From: Terriglobia bacterium
Lineage (GTDB): Bacteria; Acidobacteriota; Terriglobia; 20CM-2-55-15
Direction: 5' to 3'
NCBI GenBank assembly: GCA_965198225.1
Contig: CBDAOY010000009.1
Location: 32,001 to 96,000 of the forward strand
Length of the DNA stretch: 64,000 nucleotides
The translations under genes were made by a program, and so were the position numbers. The notes beneath the pieces are model-generated. The model made no database searches. It saw nothing but the letters and a program-made list of their open reading frames with translations, and was not told the origin of the DNA. Of the stretch, positions 1 to 10,150 are shown piece after piece. The stretch's first letter is position 1. Each line of letters opens with the position of its first letter.

Positions 1-1
1 C

Positions 2-391
2 GCATCAAGGCCAAATCTGAACGAAGTCACGTTTCTGAAGACGTGTCCGGATCTCGCCCGTGAATGCTTCGCCGATGCGCTCCAGGAGGCGGGCCGGCGC
101 GGACTTTCCGTGAAGTGGGCGACGGAATCGTTCAGCCTTCGGGTTCCGCTGGAGGGTGGGGACAGGGCGCTTCTGACTGCGTGGGTTGGCCGAGAGCATG
201 CCAGTGTCCAGGTTTATCTCAAGGGAGTCGATGACGAAGAAAGGCGACAGGAGGTGAGGCAGCGTTTTCTCGAACTGAGGCGGTTTCGGTCGAGCGGAAA
301 ATACACTGCGGAACTGCAATTGAACGATTCAGAGGCGGTAACACTCGCCCGAAAGGCCCTCGAGATCATCTGGGAAATTGCCGCCGATTGA
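2..391 (+). CDS. Hypothetical protein, 5'-partial
   Basis: The frame of ORF 110-391 is open back to base 2; no recognised motif. Confidence 0.5.
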   Translation, partial: ASRPNLNEVTFLKTCPDLARECFADALQEAGRRGLSVKWATESFSLRVPLEGGDRALLTAWVGREHASVQVYLKGVDDEERRQEVRQRFLELRRFRSSGKYTAELQLNDSEAVTLARKALEIIWEIAAD

Positions 392-980
392 GCGCCGCAC
401 AGACTACGCTCCTGGAAGGCCAGAGCGCATCCGCTTAAGACTCCCTCAGGCACTGTCAGAGGAGTGTAGCCCTGGCGAGCGCAACGGAAAAGAAAAAGAG
501 GTGAGCCGTTACTGGCACTTTGGGAGGAACGAGACCCATCCGGTGACGCTTTGGCTGACTGGCTTGTCCGGCGCTGGCAAGAGTACGCTCGCCGGATTGA
601 TTGCTGAGCAACTTAGAAACAGGAGACTCGCTGTGGAGGTGCTGGATGGAGACATTCTTCGCCAGACCCTGTCGAAGGGACTCAGCTTCAGTAAGGAAGA
701 TCGGGACGCGAATGTCTGCCGCAGCGGGTTTGTCGCCAACTTGCTGAACAGAAATGGCATTAATGTGATTGTGGCAGCGATTTCCCCTTACAGGTCAATT
801 CGTGCAGAGGTTAGAGAGGCCCAGGAAAAAGCCAGATTCGTCGACCATCTCGAAGATCGAGCACTGGTCCTACCGTCCGCCGCGAAACGCCGTGTGGGAT
901 CCTCGATCTGGTCGCTACCCTTGTGCGTCATCCATCCGGCTGACGCTTCAGTATCACCGGTACACCCGCTTCCCACTTAA
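378..980 (+). pseudogene. cysC: Adenylyl-sulfate kinase, C-terminally truncated (similarity only about 540-845)
   Basis: [15 protein letters not shown]-loop, [22 protein letters not shown]; similarity stops at ARFV, before the expected RDxKGLY/FTGI motifs. Confidence 0.8.
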
Positions 981-1488
981 CCCAAGGAATATCGCCGTGG
1001 AACGGCGGGGTCGACGCGCGTAACTCCTCCATCGAAGCATCCAGCAACCCCGCGTTCTCTGTCCAGCGCCACGCCAGCACCAGGTATCGCCGGATTACCG
1101 GCAACGGGAAAAACCCCTTGCTATTCGCCCACTCGAAGACATCCTGACCACTCTTGCTGGAATTGCACCACCGGCATGCCGGAACCAGGTTGTCCGCAGA
1201 AGCGGGCCCTTCTCGCAGCCGCGGAATCAGGTGATCCACTGTCTCTGCCGCTTGGTCGCAGTATGTGCAGCGGCCCGTCAGCTTGCGGCGTTCATCTCGC
1301 ACGTCGATGGATGGAAAGGCAGTTTCTCCCGACAGCAACTTTCGTCGCAGCTTCATTGCGATCGCGTAGCACTTGCTGCGAGCCATGCCCTCGTCTCTCA
1401 TGACGTGGAAGGTCATCCGGGAGTACGCGTTGATCAGGTACTCTCGTGCCGTATCGTTGGGCAGAGCGGCGAATCCTCCTCCCGCCAC
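928..1488 (-). CDS. HNH endonuclease
   Basis: CTYC...DHLIPR...[14 protein letters not shown] zinc-binding HNH motif. Confidence 0.85.
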   Translation of the reverse strand: MAGGGFAALPNDTAREYLINAYSRMTFHVMRDEGMARSKCYAIAMKLRRKLLSGETAFPSIDVRDERRKLTGRCTYCDQAAETVDHLIPRLREGPASADNLVPACRWCNSSKSGQDVFEWANSKGFFPLPVIRRYLVLAWRWTENAGLLDASMEELRASTPPFHGDIPWVKWEAGVPVILKRQPDG

Positions 1489-1740
1489 GGGCTAACCGAG
1501 GCTCCGGAGGACGGCCACGACGAAGGCTTTCCAGGCACCGACGACGATACCGGTCGACTGGCTGCAGAAACCGGCCGTCGTGCGCACAGATGAGATGTCC
1601 TTCCGCTCTGGAGCCGACCGTGTAGTTTCTAGACTTACGAGTCTCAATAGACCATCACATGATGCATCGTCTTGGAAACTCAATTACCGACCGCACCAGG
1701 GACACAGTGCGAGTCACAGGAGAGAAGGGGACGATACCCC

Positions 1741-1867
1741 CCCTCAGTGGTCACTTCAAACCCGGCCAAGGATGGTCACCGCAAAACCGGCCAATGGGAT
1801 GGCCCGGGACGGTGGTAGTTTTACCCCTTCTGGAGGGGGCTGGGCAAGCCCGTTTTGGTCCGCCAGC
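1741..1867 (-). mobile_element. IS21-family remnant (right end plus last codons of istB)
   Basis: Tandem terminal repeats TGGTCACTTCAAACCCGGCCAA / TGGTCACCGCAAAACCGGCCAA; minus strand reads WRTKTGLPSPLQKG*, resembling an IstB C-terminus. Confidence 0.6.
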
Positions 1868-2658
1868 AGCTCCTCCTGGGACGGATACACGGGGTCCGGG
1901 TCCAGAGGGGCTTCGACTTCCCGGGCCTTATCCACTTCGTCATTCATTTTGACCTCCTTTGTTGCGGCCCCAGGGGCCAGACTGCTCAGTTACTTCTGAG
2001 CAATCCTGCTACTCCTCCAATTCTCGAACAAGCCGGAATCCCACCCACGATTCGCTGTTTCTGGAGTATACCCACTTATCAAATGCGTCTTTCCTCCTGG
2101 AAGGCGTCAGCTCAATTAAGTTCCGTGAGTCCCAAGCTTCTTCAGTAGGGTCATAATACAAGTACCCATCGTTCCAAGTGGATCCGAACGCAGCAACCTC
2201 TCCGTCGTCACAGCTATCGGGGTGTTCAGGAGAGCCGTCGAGCGTAAGGTCGTAGGAGTTCCAGTCATTAGGATTGATGGTTATCTCGACGCAGGCCAAG
2301 ACAAGCTCCGAAACATTGCCCACTATGTCGTAGACGCCGATACCGTTCGGCGAAAACCGGCCAACTTCCGCAGTTCGCGCGAAGCCATCTGAACACTTAA
2401 ACGCAAATTCTCCTTCATGGCTGGAGTCCGCTACATTCCCTGAATTGCAGATGTCCGTATTATTCACACGTACCGAGTAAGCGGCCCCCTCGGGCTCTAC
2501 GTACAGCATTGCTGTCTTCGACCCTGCACGAGCGGCATACTGCCACTCTGCGGCACTCGGTAAGCGATAGCGGTGTCCGGTTTCGCGCGACAACTGAGGT
2601 GCTCCCCAAAATTCGGACAGGTCGCTAAGGTGTAAAATCGCTGCCTCGGGAGAGGCAG

Positions 2659-2952
2659 ATGAAGAAGAGACAGAGGAAGCAGTACAGTGCCGATCTGAAG
2701 GCGAAGATCGCGGTGGAGGCGGTGAAGGGACAGCGAACGATCCAGGAGATCGCCTCCAACTACGGGGTCCACCCGAATATGGTGACAAAGTGGAAGAAGC
2801 AGTTGCTCGATGGCGCGTCGGAGATCTTCTCGAACGGGAAAACACAATCGATGGAAGCCGATGAAGAAGTCCGGACCGAACTTTACCAAGAGATCGGGAA
2901 GTTGCACGTCGAGGTGGATTGGTTGAAAAAAAAGCCCGGACTTTCACGTTAG
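2659..2952 (+). CDS. IS3 transposase OrfA
   Basis: HTH (YSADLKAKIAVEA...IASNYGVHPNMVTKWKKQ); A8G slippery site at 2926-2934. Confidence 0.9.
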   Translation: MKKRQRKQYSADLKAKIAVEAVKGQRTIQEIASNYGVHPNMVTKWKKQLLDGASEIFSNGKTQSMEADEEVRTELYQEIGKLHVEVDWLKKKPGLSR

Positions 2953-3839
2953 GACAACGACGGCCATGGATCGAATCAAGCCACAAGAAACTGAGCATCG
3001 CCGAGCAGTGCCGGTTGTCGGGAGTGTCCCGGTCGGGACTCTACTACACGCCTGTTGGCGAGAGCACCGAGAACATGGAGTTGATGCGTCTGTTGGACGA
3101 GCAGTACACACGGACGCCGTTCTACGGCGTGCGGCGGATGACTCACTGGCTGGAGAAGCAAGGTCACCGGGTCAATGCGAAACGAGTACGTCGACTCATA
3201 CGGCAGATGGGACTGGAAGCGATCTATCCCAAACCGCGGTTGTCGACGCCGGCACCGGGACATCGGATCTATCCGTACCAGCTACGGGGGCTGAGGATCG
3301 ATCGCCCAGACATGGTGTGGGCCACCGATATCACGTATATCCGTCTGCGGCAGGGGTTTATCTATCTGGTGGCGATCATGGACTGGTACAGCCGGTATGT
3401 GCTGGCCTGGGAAGTTTCAGTATCGATGGACAGCGCTTTCTGCGTGTCGGCATTGGACTGGGCCCTGAGGCATGCGCAACCGGAGATCTTCAACTCGGAT
3501 CAGGGTTCTCAGTTCACCAGCGATGCGTTTACGAGCCGACTCGAAGGCGAGGGCATCCGGATCAGCATGGACGGCCGGGGCCGGTTCCTGGACAACATTT
3601 TCGTCGAACGTCTATGGCGAACGGTGAAGTACGAGGAAGTGTACCTGAAGGACTACATGAGCGTTCCCGAGGCGGTCTCGAACCTGACTGTCTATTTCAG
3701 ATTTTACAATCAGGAACGCGGTCATCAGGTATTCGACTACCAGACACCCGAGGCGATGTACTTTCAAAGTGCGAGGAGCACGGCATCGGTCAAGAAAGCC
3801 GCCATACTCCAGGTTGCCCCAGACGGCGAACGCCGTTGA
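2919..3839 (+). CDS. IS3 transposase OrfB (DDE), reached by -1 frameshift
   Basis: WATDITY, NSDQGSQF, NIFVERLWRTVKYE integrase-core motifs. Confidence 0.92.
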   Translation: MVEKKARTFTLGQRRPWIESSHKKLSIAEQCRLSGVSRSGLYYTPVGESTENMELMRLLDEQYTRTPFYGVRRMTHWLEKQGHRVNAKRVRRLIRQMGLEAIYPKPRLSTPAPGHRIYPYQLRGLRIDRPDMVWATDITYIRLRQGFIYLVAIMDWYSRYVLAWEVSVSMDSAFCVSALDWALRHAQPEIFNSDQGSQFTSDAFTSRLEGEGIRISMDGRGRFLDNIFVERLWRTVKYEEVYLKDYMSVPEAVSNLTVYFRFYNQERGHQVFDYQTPEAMYFQSARSTASVKKAAILQVAPDGERR

Positions 3840-4234
3840 CAAGCGATCCTGGCGCGATCTTTTCTCTGGAAATGTTTATCGGTGGCAAAAAGAAAGAAAA
3901 AAGAACCAAAAAAGAAAGAAAGCTGCAGCATGTGGAAACTGCCGCCGCTGATGGAAATCCTCAAAAAGGATTTCCACAACGGCTTGAAAACAGCCTCGGA
4001 GACTCGGCTTTTTCACAATTACCACAGGCTCGGCGACGGGTAAAATATCAACCCATTTCAACGGCAGCGATCCACCTTAAGATCCGGGATTTTCTGTCCG
4101 AAGAATGGGGAGCCCCTCAAACCACTGTGCATAGGCCATCGCGTCGCGAGTGGTCACGCAGGTTACCGGGTGGGTGTCCGTCTGATCGAATCCCGGACGC
4201 TTCCACGTCCGTGAAGAATTCTTGCGCCGCCTAG

Positions 4235-5771
4235 GAGTCTGCGCGGCAGAGCGCAAAGAACTCGGACTGATTGGGATTTGAGAGGGTCTTCGGAGGAGAA
4301 TCGACCGATTCTTCCGATACGACGAGTTCAGAGTTGTACGGACACCCGTAATTGGCCGTGTATCGGGTCTGCCGGGTTGCGGTTTTCCGGATTATGCCCA
4401 TTCGATCTTCCCGTTCATCCGTCGTAAGTTCACCGCCAGAGTGACCAGATTCCACTCCCCGGTCACTTTGTCCAAACCGCGTAGACTGAACTGTCGGAAT
4501 CCGAGCACCGACTTGATCCACCCGAAGGGCGGCTCACCAATGTGCTTTCGGGCCCGGTAGCGGTCACGCCCACGCTTGGTTTTCATCTTTCTCATCATCC
4601 GACCAACAGCGGTGTCTTTGGGTGGGAGTGGGGCACGGGCGAGATCCTTCTCGCGACCCATCGCAACATACCCGTCAATCTGACGTTGTTCCAACATCCC
4701 CAGATTTGACTCGGATCGATATCCCGCATCGGCCAGCACGCGGTCGGGACGCTCCCCCAGATTGTCGCTCAACGCATCCAGCGTGGGTTCCAACTGCCCC
4801 ACATCCGATGCATTGTCAGTCACCGTTGTTGCCACGATGATCCGGGCCTGGGAATCCACCACCGCTTGCGCGTTGTAGCATTGCTGGAACCCTTCGGTGG
4901 AGGTCTTCATCATCCGGCTTTCCGGGTCGGTGAAGTTGTCCTGGGCCGTGGGTTTAGGTTCCCCCATGGGACGTTTGAATGGCTTCTTTCCGCATCCGGG
5001 TTTGTGATCTTTGGTGTTCCGTCCCGCTTCCTTGTCCGCGGCCATCTGACGTTCTTCGAGCCGCTTCATGGCCGCCTGTATCGTGGCCAGGCGCTTCTTG
5101 CGCGTGGCCAACCCGTCGGGCAGTTCGTCTCCGCGCCGGTCCTTGCCGTATCGCTCGTCTTCGTCCTCATCGGTCGCCTCGGCCCGGTTCAACAGATCCC
5201 GAATCTGTTCACCCAATTCGGTCTCCTGCTTTTTCATGCGTTCGTAGCTCATCGCTTTGCGTTTGCTTGCATTCGCCCGCATCTTGGTCCCGTCCACCGC
5301 CACGGTTCCCATCTTCACCAGTCCCGCTTCCCGCGCCATCATCACCACTTGCACAAACAGGTTTCCGAACTCCTCAAGATGCAGTTTGCGAAAATCCGAG
5401 ATCGTTCGGTGCGCCGGAAAGTTCTCCGCTCCCAACATCCGGAACGCTACGTCGTCGGTCAACTTCGCCGCGATCTTCCTGGACGAGAACACTCCGGTCG
5501 CGTACCCATAAATCAGCACCTTCACCATCATCCGCGGATCAAACGCCTGATTGCCCGGACCCTCGGTTCCATACCGCTGTTCGAACGCGCTCAAATCCAT
5601 CGCGTCCACCGCGTCCGATATGAAGTACGACAGGTGATCTTCGGCCAACCAATCTCTCAACGACGGTGGCATCAGCAGTGTTTGTTCTGGGCTATAAGTC
5701 CGATAGGTTCGTGCCATGACATATCTTCGATCTTTATCCGCCCAATTCCGGTCCTTCTGCCGCGCAGACTC
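4235..5771 (-). mobile_element. IS1182-family insertion sequence
   Basis: Perfect 16-bp IRs GAGTCTGCGCGGCAGA / TCTGCCGCGCAGACTC; CTAG duplicated at 4231-4234 and 5772-5775. Confidence 0.93.
4392..5717 (-). CDS. IS1182 transposase
   Basis: DUF772-like N-terminus (LMPPSLRDWL, FDPRMMVKVLIYGY, SSRKI), VDGTKMRANAS, LADAGY, EPPFGWIK. Confidence 0.92.
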   Translation of the reverse strand: MARTYRTYSPEQTLLMPPSLRDWLAEDHLSYFISDAVDAMDLSAFEQRYGTEGPGNQAFDPRMMVKVLIYGYATGVFSSRKIAAKLTDDVAFRMLGAENFPAHRTISDFRKLHLEEFGNLFVQVVMMAREAGLVKMGTVAVDGTKMRANASKRKAMSYERMKKQETELGEQIRDLLNRAEATDEDEDERYGKDRRGDELPDGLATRKKRLATIQAAMKRLEERQMAADKEAGRNTKDHKPGCGKKPFKRPMGEPKPTAQDNFTDPESRMMKTSTEGFQQCYNAQAVVDSQARIIVATTVTDNASDVGQLEPTLDALSDNLGERPDRVLADAGYRSESNLGMLEQRQIDGYVAMGREKDLARAPLPPKDTAVGRMMRKMKTKRGRDRYRARKHIGEPPFGWIKSVLGFRQFSLRGLDKVTGEWNLVTLAVNLRRMNGKIEWA

Positions 5772-6528
5772 CTAGGGGAGAAATCGTTGTCGCATCCATA
5801 CTTCGGATCGGTCTCCGCTTCGGTGCGATAACGGCTTCCGTCAACGAATTTCTTGAATTCCCCGCGTGTCACCTCATATTTCCCTATCGCAAACGGTTTG
5901 TCGAAGACCACCCATGTGGTGACCTTTCCCCGGTTAATCCGATGCACTGCGTACTGAAAGCGGCCCCTCGCAATCTTGAGCATTTCCGGGGCCAACCCTC
6001 CAGAACGCAACGTGTCCCGCTCAAGCGGAACCCCTGCCGCTTCGATCTGGCGCTGGGCTTGCCCGGTGTTCTCTTTTTTCTCGGCCTCAACCCGCTTTCG
6101 CTCGGCCTCAACCCGCTTTTGCTTGAGCGCATCGAGCTTCCGTTTTTCCTCAATTCTCCTAAGCGCATCTTCAGCGGACTCCAGCAGCTTCAATGCTTCC
6201 GTGTGAAACTGGCCTGTCCTCCCGGCAGACACCAGGTATCTGCTAACGGCGTCAATCGCGTCTTGCGCCTGGCCCACCTTTAGAGCCGCCTCGGCCTGCT
6301 TGTAGTGAAACTCATCGCGCAATCCCATGTTGTGCTCTTCATGCAATGCGAGTATCCGGTCTAGTGCTGCAAGTGCACCCTGATAGTCTGCTTCAGACAG
6401 AAGCCGGTCCACTCGCAACCACTCCCGGTCCACCATGATTTCAGGTGGAAGCTGGGCGGCGGCGCTTTGCATGAATCCAATGGTCAGAATCCAGGTCAAA
6501 ACGATCTTCATGGTATCGGCCTCCTTCG

Positions 6529-6837
6529 CTAAAGATTTCCCAGGCCAACCCCGGAACAAAATGAGACGACGGTCCCGATCCTGGAAGTCCAGTGCAAACG
6601 CTTAAGTTCTATTCCCAGGTGCGCAATGTGAGAAGTGTATGCGGCCTTCTCATTAGCAGAGAAGGCCGTGGTTCTATCAGGCGCACCCGCCAGAACTCTT
6701 GCAATCTGCTGTTCCCGGATTGCTCGTATGATGGCGAGTTCGGCGGCAATCTTCTTTTGCCCCCTCCTTGTAACAAACCACACGGACAGGGCTATTACGA
6801 AGCCTACTAGTAAAACCCAATACGCAGCTTCTTCCAT
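6529..6837 (-). CDS. Small hypothetical membrane protein
   Basis: AGGAG before ATG; N-terminal hydrophobic helix YWVLLVGFVIALSVWFV followed by basic residues. Confidence 0.45.
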   Translation of the reverse strand: MEEAAYWVLLVGFVIALSVWFVTRRGQKKIAAELAIIRAIREQQIARVLAGAPDRTTAFSANEKAAYTSHIAHLGIELKRLHWTSRIGTVVSFCSGVGLGNL

Positions 6838-7079
6838 CTTGATCTCCTGGGCGTCGGGGAAATCGAGGCCGGCGAGGTACGGAATACGACCGTGCCGAGG
6901 CCGACCCCCTAGCGAACGACGTTCGACACAAGCCCGTCGGACATGTCTGCGATGTGTCCGGACTCGGGTGTTACTTCCCTCCTGTCTCACCGCGTTCCAA
7001 TCCGCGCCGCATCGACCTGTATGCCCGTCCCGACGCCCAGCGCCGTTGTCCGGCGCCACAACCGTCCCCGGCGGCGGTT

Positions 7080-9428
7080 TCAGCCCGCGTTCGGCCGGGG
7101 CATGCGGTAGCCGGCCCCGCGGTGGTTGAAGATGTAGACCGGCTCTTTCGGGTCGTCGCCCAACTTGCGGCGGAGCTTTTTAATGAAGGCGCGAATCAGG
7201 TTTTTCATGCTGACCGTGTCGCGTTCGCCCCAGACCTGGCGCAGCAGGTGTCCGTAGGACAATACCCGTCCCGCATTGATCGAGAGCGCGCGCAGCAACT
7301 CGAACTCGGTGGCCGTCAGATCCACCTCGCGGCCAGCCACCGTTACGCGGCGCTGGTCGTAGTGGATGGCCAGCTCGCCCAGCACGAAGGGTTCGGGCTC
7401 AGGCCGCTCGCGCAGCGCCGCCCGAATCCGCGCCGTCAGCTCCGCGGGCGAGAAGGGCTTGACGATGTAGTCGACGGCGCCGCTCTCCAGAGCCTTCGCA
7501 ATCGTCTCGTCGCGGCCGTATGCGGAGATGAAGATGACGGGCTGGTGGGTAAGCTCCGGGACGCGTTGCATCAGTTCGATACCGTCGGCCTCCGGCAGCA
7601 TCAGGTCGAGCAGCACCAGTTCGGGCCTCTCGGTCACGATGAGGTGGGACAACTCCCGATGGTCGCCGGTCACGAGCACGGCGTAGCCGGCCTCGGTGAG
7701 CGCGTCGCGAACATAGCGCAGCGTCCGCGGGTCGTCGTCCACGACGAGGATGTGCTCCTGTTCCCGGCGCTCCCGGAGCGGACCCGACAGGCTCGGCCCG
7801 CCGCCCGCCTCCTCCGCCACCGGAATCGTGAAGCTGAACCGTGTGCCCTGGCCGGCGCCGCCGCTCTCGACCCAGATGCGCCCTCCGTGCGCCTCCACCA
7901 GACCCTTCGAGATGGACAGGCCCAGGCCACCGCCGATCCCACGCTCCCCATCGTCGCCGCCTGCGCCGGCGTACTTCCGGAACAGGTGCGGCAATCGCTC
8001 CGGCGCCACGCCCCTGCCTTCGTCGAGGACCGACACCACGACATGGGCCCCGTCGCGCACCGCGGCGATCCGGATGGGGGACGACGCGGGAGAGTGCCGG
8101 GCGGCGTTTGAGAAGAGGTTGTTCAATACCTGCACGATGCGCCGCCGGTCGGCCATCACGCGAGGGAGATCGGGCGCAAGGTCGATCCCGACGCCGTGCG
8201 TGCTGCCGCCGCTGAGGAACGTGTTCCTCGCCCGGTCCACCAGCACGGTCACCTCCGTGGGCTCGGGCGTCACCGAGAGCGTGCCGGAGTCGATACGGCC
8301 CGCATCGAGCAAGTCGCTGATCAGGCTGCGCATGTGATCGGCCTGCTCGACGATGATCCGGAAGAACTCGCGCATCTCCGCTCGATCCAACGTCGCCGAC
8401 GCTTCCAGCAGGGTGTCGGCGGAGCCTTTGATCGAGGTCAGCGGCGCGCGCAGTTCGTGGCTCACCATGTCCAGGAATTCGGCCCGCAACCGCTCCAGCT
8501 CCTCCAGCGGCGCAAGATCCTGCATGGTGACCACCACCGACTCGACGGCGCCGGCGGCGGAACGGATCGGCGTCGCGTTGACCAGCGTGGTGACACGCCG
8601 CCCGTCGGGGACCGAGAGCACGATCTCTTCCGCGCGCACTGTCGTCGCTTTGATGAGTTCGCTTGCCAGAGGCAATTCGTCGAGCGCGATCTCGCGCCCG
8701 TCGGCGCGCCGGCACGTGATCACCGTGAGAAGCTGCTCGGCCGTGCGGTGGTCCGGCATGTGCAGCCCCTCGACGATGCGCCTCGCCTCCCGGTTGAGCG
8801 ACACCGGACTGCCGGTGTTCGCATCGAAGACCACAACGCCGATCGGCGAGGTCTCGATGAGCGCCTCGAGGTCGGTGCGTGCCCGCTGCTCGTCGCGGTA
8901 GGTGCGCGCGTTGGCGATCGCCGTCGCTGCCTGCGAGGCGAACAGCAGCAGGAGTTCCTCGTCCTCGTCGGTGAACTCTTCCCCGTCTTCTCTCTCCACC
9001 AGATAGAAGTTTCCGACATGCACGCCCCGATGGCGCATGGGCGTGCCCAGGAAGGTCTTGGAGGACGGCAGCAGGTCCGAGGAGAAGCCGAGCCCGCGCA
9101 CGTAGGCGGGCACGTCCGACAACCTCAGCGTGCCCGGCAGGTCGCGGAAGTGCTCGAAGAGCCGCGGCCCGTCGGGCCATTCCACCAGCCGCCGGTGTTC
9201 TTCGTTGGATATGCCGGAGGTGATGAAGTTCTCGGGCTGACCCGCCCTGTCGATGGTCACGATGGCGCCGTAGCGCGCGCCGGTCAGCGCACGGGCGCTT
9301 TCGGCGATTTCTTCCAGAACGGTGTCGAAGTCCAGGCTTGCGCTGATGCGCACGCTGGCCGCGCTCAGCCGGGAGATGCGCTCGCGCAGGGCCTCGATCT
9401 CGCGCATCAGTTCGTCGTGGCTCTTCAT
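7080..9428 (-). CDS. Cytoplasmic hybrid histidine kinase/response regulator (GAF-PAS-HisKA-HATPase-REC-OmpR winged helix)
   Basis: VSHELRAPLTSI H-box, QVLNNLFSNA N-box, DEGRG and GLGLSI G-boxes, LVVDDD/LLDLMLP/KPF receiver, LTATEFELL...GAGY DNA-binding domain. Confidence 0.9.
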   Translation of the reverse strand: MKSHDELMREIEALRERISRLSAASVRISASLDFDTVLEEIAESARALTGARYGAIVTIDRAGQPENFITSGISNEEHRRLVEWPDGPRLFEHFRDLPGTLRLSDVPAYVRGLGFSSDLLPSSKTFLGTPMRHRGVHVGNFYLVEREDGEEFTDEDEELLLLFASQAATAIANARTYRDEQRARTDLEALIETSPIGVVVFDANTGSPVSLNREARRIVEGLHMPDHRTAEQLLTVITCRRADGREIALDELPLASELIKATTVRAEEIVLSVPDGRRVTTLVNATPIRSAAGAVESVVVTMQDLAPLEELERLRAEFLDMVSHELRAPLTSIKGSADTLLEASATLDRAEMREFFRIIVEQADHMRSLISDLLDAGRIDSGTLSVTPEPTEVTVLVDRARNTFLSGGSTHGVGIDLAPDLPRVMADRRRIVQVLNNLFSNAARHSPASSPIRIAAVRDGAHVVVSVLDEGRGVAPERLPHLFRKYAGAGGDDGERGIGGGLGLSISKGLVEAHGGRIWVESGGAGQGTRFSFTIPVAEEAGGGPSLSGPLRERREQEHILVVDDDPRTLRYVRDALTEAGYAVLVTGDHRELSHLIVTERPELVLLDLMLPEADGIELMQRVPELTHQPVIFISAYGRDETIAKALESGAVDYIVKPFSPAELTARIRAALRERPEPEPFVLGELAIHYDQRRVTVAGREVDLTATEFELLRALSINAGRVLSYGHLLRQVWGERDTVSMKNLIRAFIKKLRRKLGDDPKEPVYIFNHRGAGYRMPRPNAG

Positions 9429-9562
9429 CTCTACACAAAGACTTCCTGCGCGAGGCCTGGGCCAGCCTGACACCTGCAAGGAAGGAGGCCCTGCGAGCGG
9501 CAGGGAGGCGGCCCGAGAGGACGTCACAGCCGGGTGACGGAGTCGGCCAGGCAATCGCAGCG

Positions 9563-10042
9563 TTGTTCGGCGGTGCAGCCATTGCGGTCGCTGGCGCACA
9601 GAGTGGTGCAAACTCGGAGGACATCTCGGACGCCATTGGCACATTTGCGGAAGGCGTCTTGTCCGGACAACCTGGCGGGGCGAGCGTGGGATCTGGCGCG
9701 GGCGTTTCCGCGCCCGGCGGGCTTAATACCAGTGCCAAGCCAGGAACCACGGCGGGCGTGGGATCGTGCCTGATTCCGGGTTATCCGACCCCTCCCAATC
9801 CGATGAGCCTGGGGCTTTCATGGTGTCCGGCGAGCGTTGATTTTCAAGTGCGAGCGTTTGCGTTGCAGGCGGCTGGAATCCAGTGCGCGATTGCGACGGC
9901 CGAAGCGCCACCATCGGATGAGGTCGTGAGTCGGGCGAGAGCCCAGATTAGCGAGGTGTGCGGCGGGCTGGAAGCCGTGGGCGCGAGGCTGAGCACGGAC
10001 GGCGGCGCGAGCTGTCGCTGCCCGGCTGGCTTCGGGCAATGA
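9563..10042 (+). CDS. Cys-containing hypothetical protein, possibly the C-terminal fragment of a larger gene
   Basis: Gly/Ser linker followed by a six-Cys domain; TTG start without an obvious RBS. Confidence 0.4.
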   Translation: MFGGAAIAVAGAQSGANSEDISDAIGTFAEGVLSGQPGGASVGSGAGVSAPGGLNTSAKPGTTAGVGSCLIPGYPTPPNPMSLGLSWCPASVDFQVRAFALQAAGIQCAIATAEAPPSDEVVSRARAQISEVCGGLEAVGARLSTDGGASCRCPAGFGQ

Positions 10043-10150
10043 CCGCACTCCGCGCTCCGGATCGCTGGACGGGCTCGAAAGGGCGATTCAGGGAGGGTCT
10101 TTCTATCGCCGCCTTGAGTCGGCGGACCGGGGGGGCACTGTCAGAGTAAA

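Larger units (their letters stand above)
2595..4119 (+). mobile_element. IS3-family insertion sequence
   Basis: TG...CA ends, 26-bp imperfect IRs (TGAGGTGCTCCCCAAAATTCGGACAG / CTGTCCGAAGAATGGGGAGCCCCTCA), 3-bp TSD AAC at 2592-2594 and 4120-4122. Confidence 0.95.
2009..6511 (-). pseudogene. Secreted FGE-sulfatase (SUMF1) domain protein interrupted by IS3 and IS1182
   Basis: Segments 5772-6511, 4120-4230 and 2009-2591 rejoin in frame (1434 nt): signal peptide [80 protein letters not shown] RBS upstream. Confidence 0.9.

Noticed and set aside
2009-2200. FGE/CLec-fold C-terminus as a DGR variable region
   Set aside because: No reverse transcriptase and no template repeat differing at adenines seen in the window
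4235-5771. IS1182 as the mobiliser of the two MITE-like elements
   Set aside because: It shares the CTAG target, but its ends (GAGTCTGCGCGG) differ from CAGCCCGTG; not supported without more copies
7399-9750. Long alternative-frame and antisense ORFs (also 13151-14890, 36774-38375, 61268-63205, 2966-4234)
   Set aside because: Arg/Gly/Pro-rich shadows of real high-GC genes
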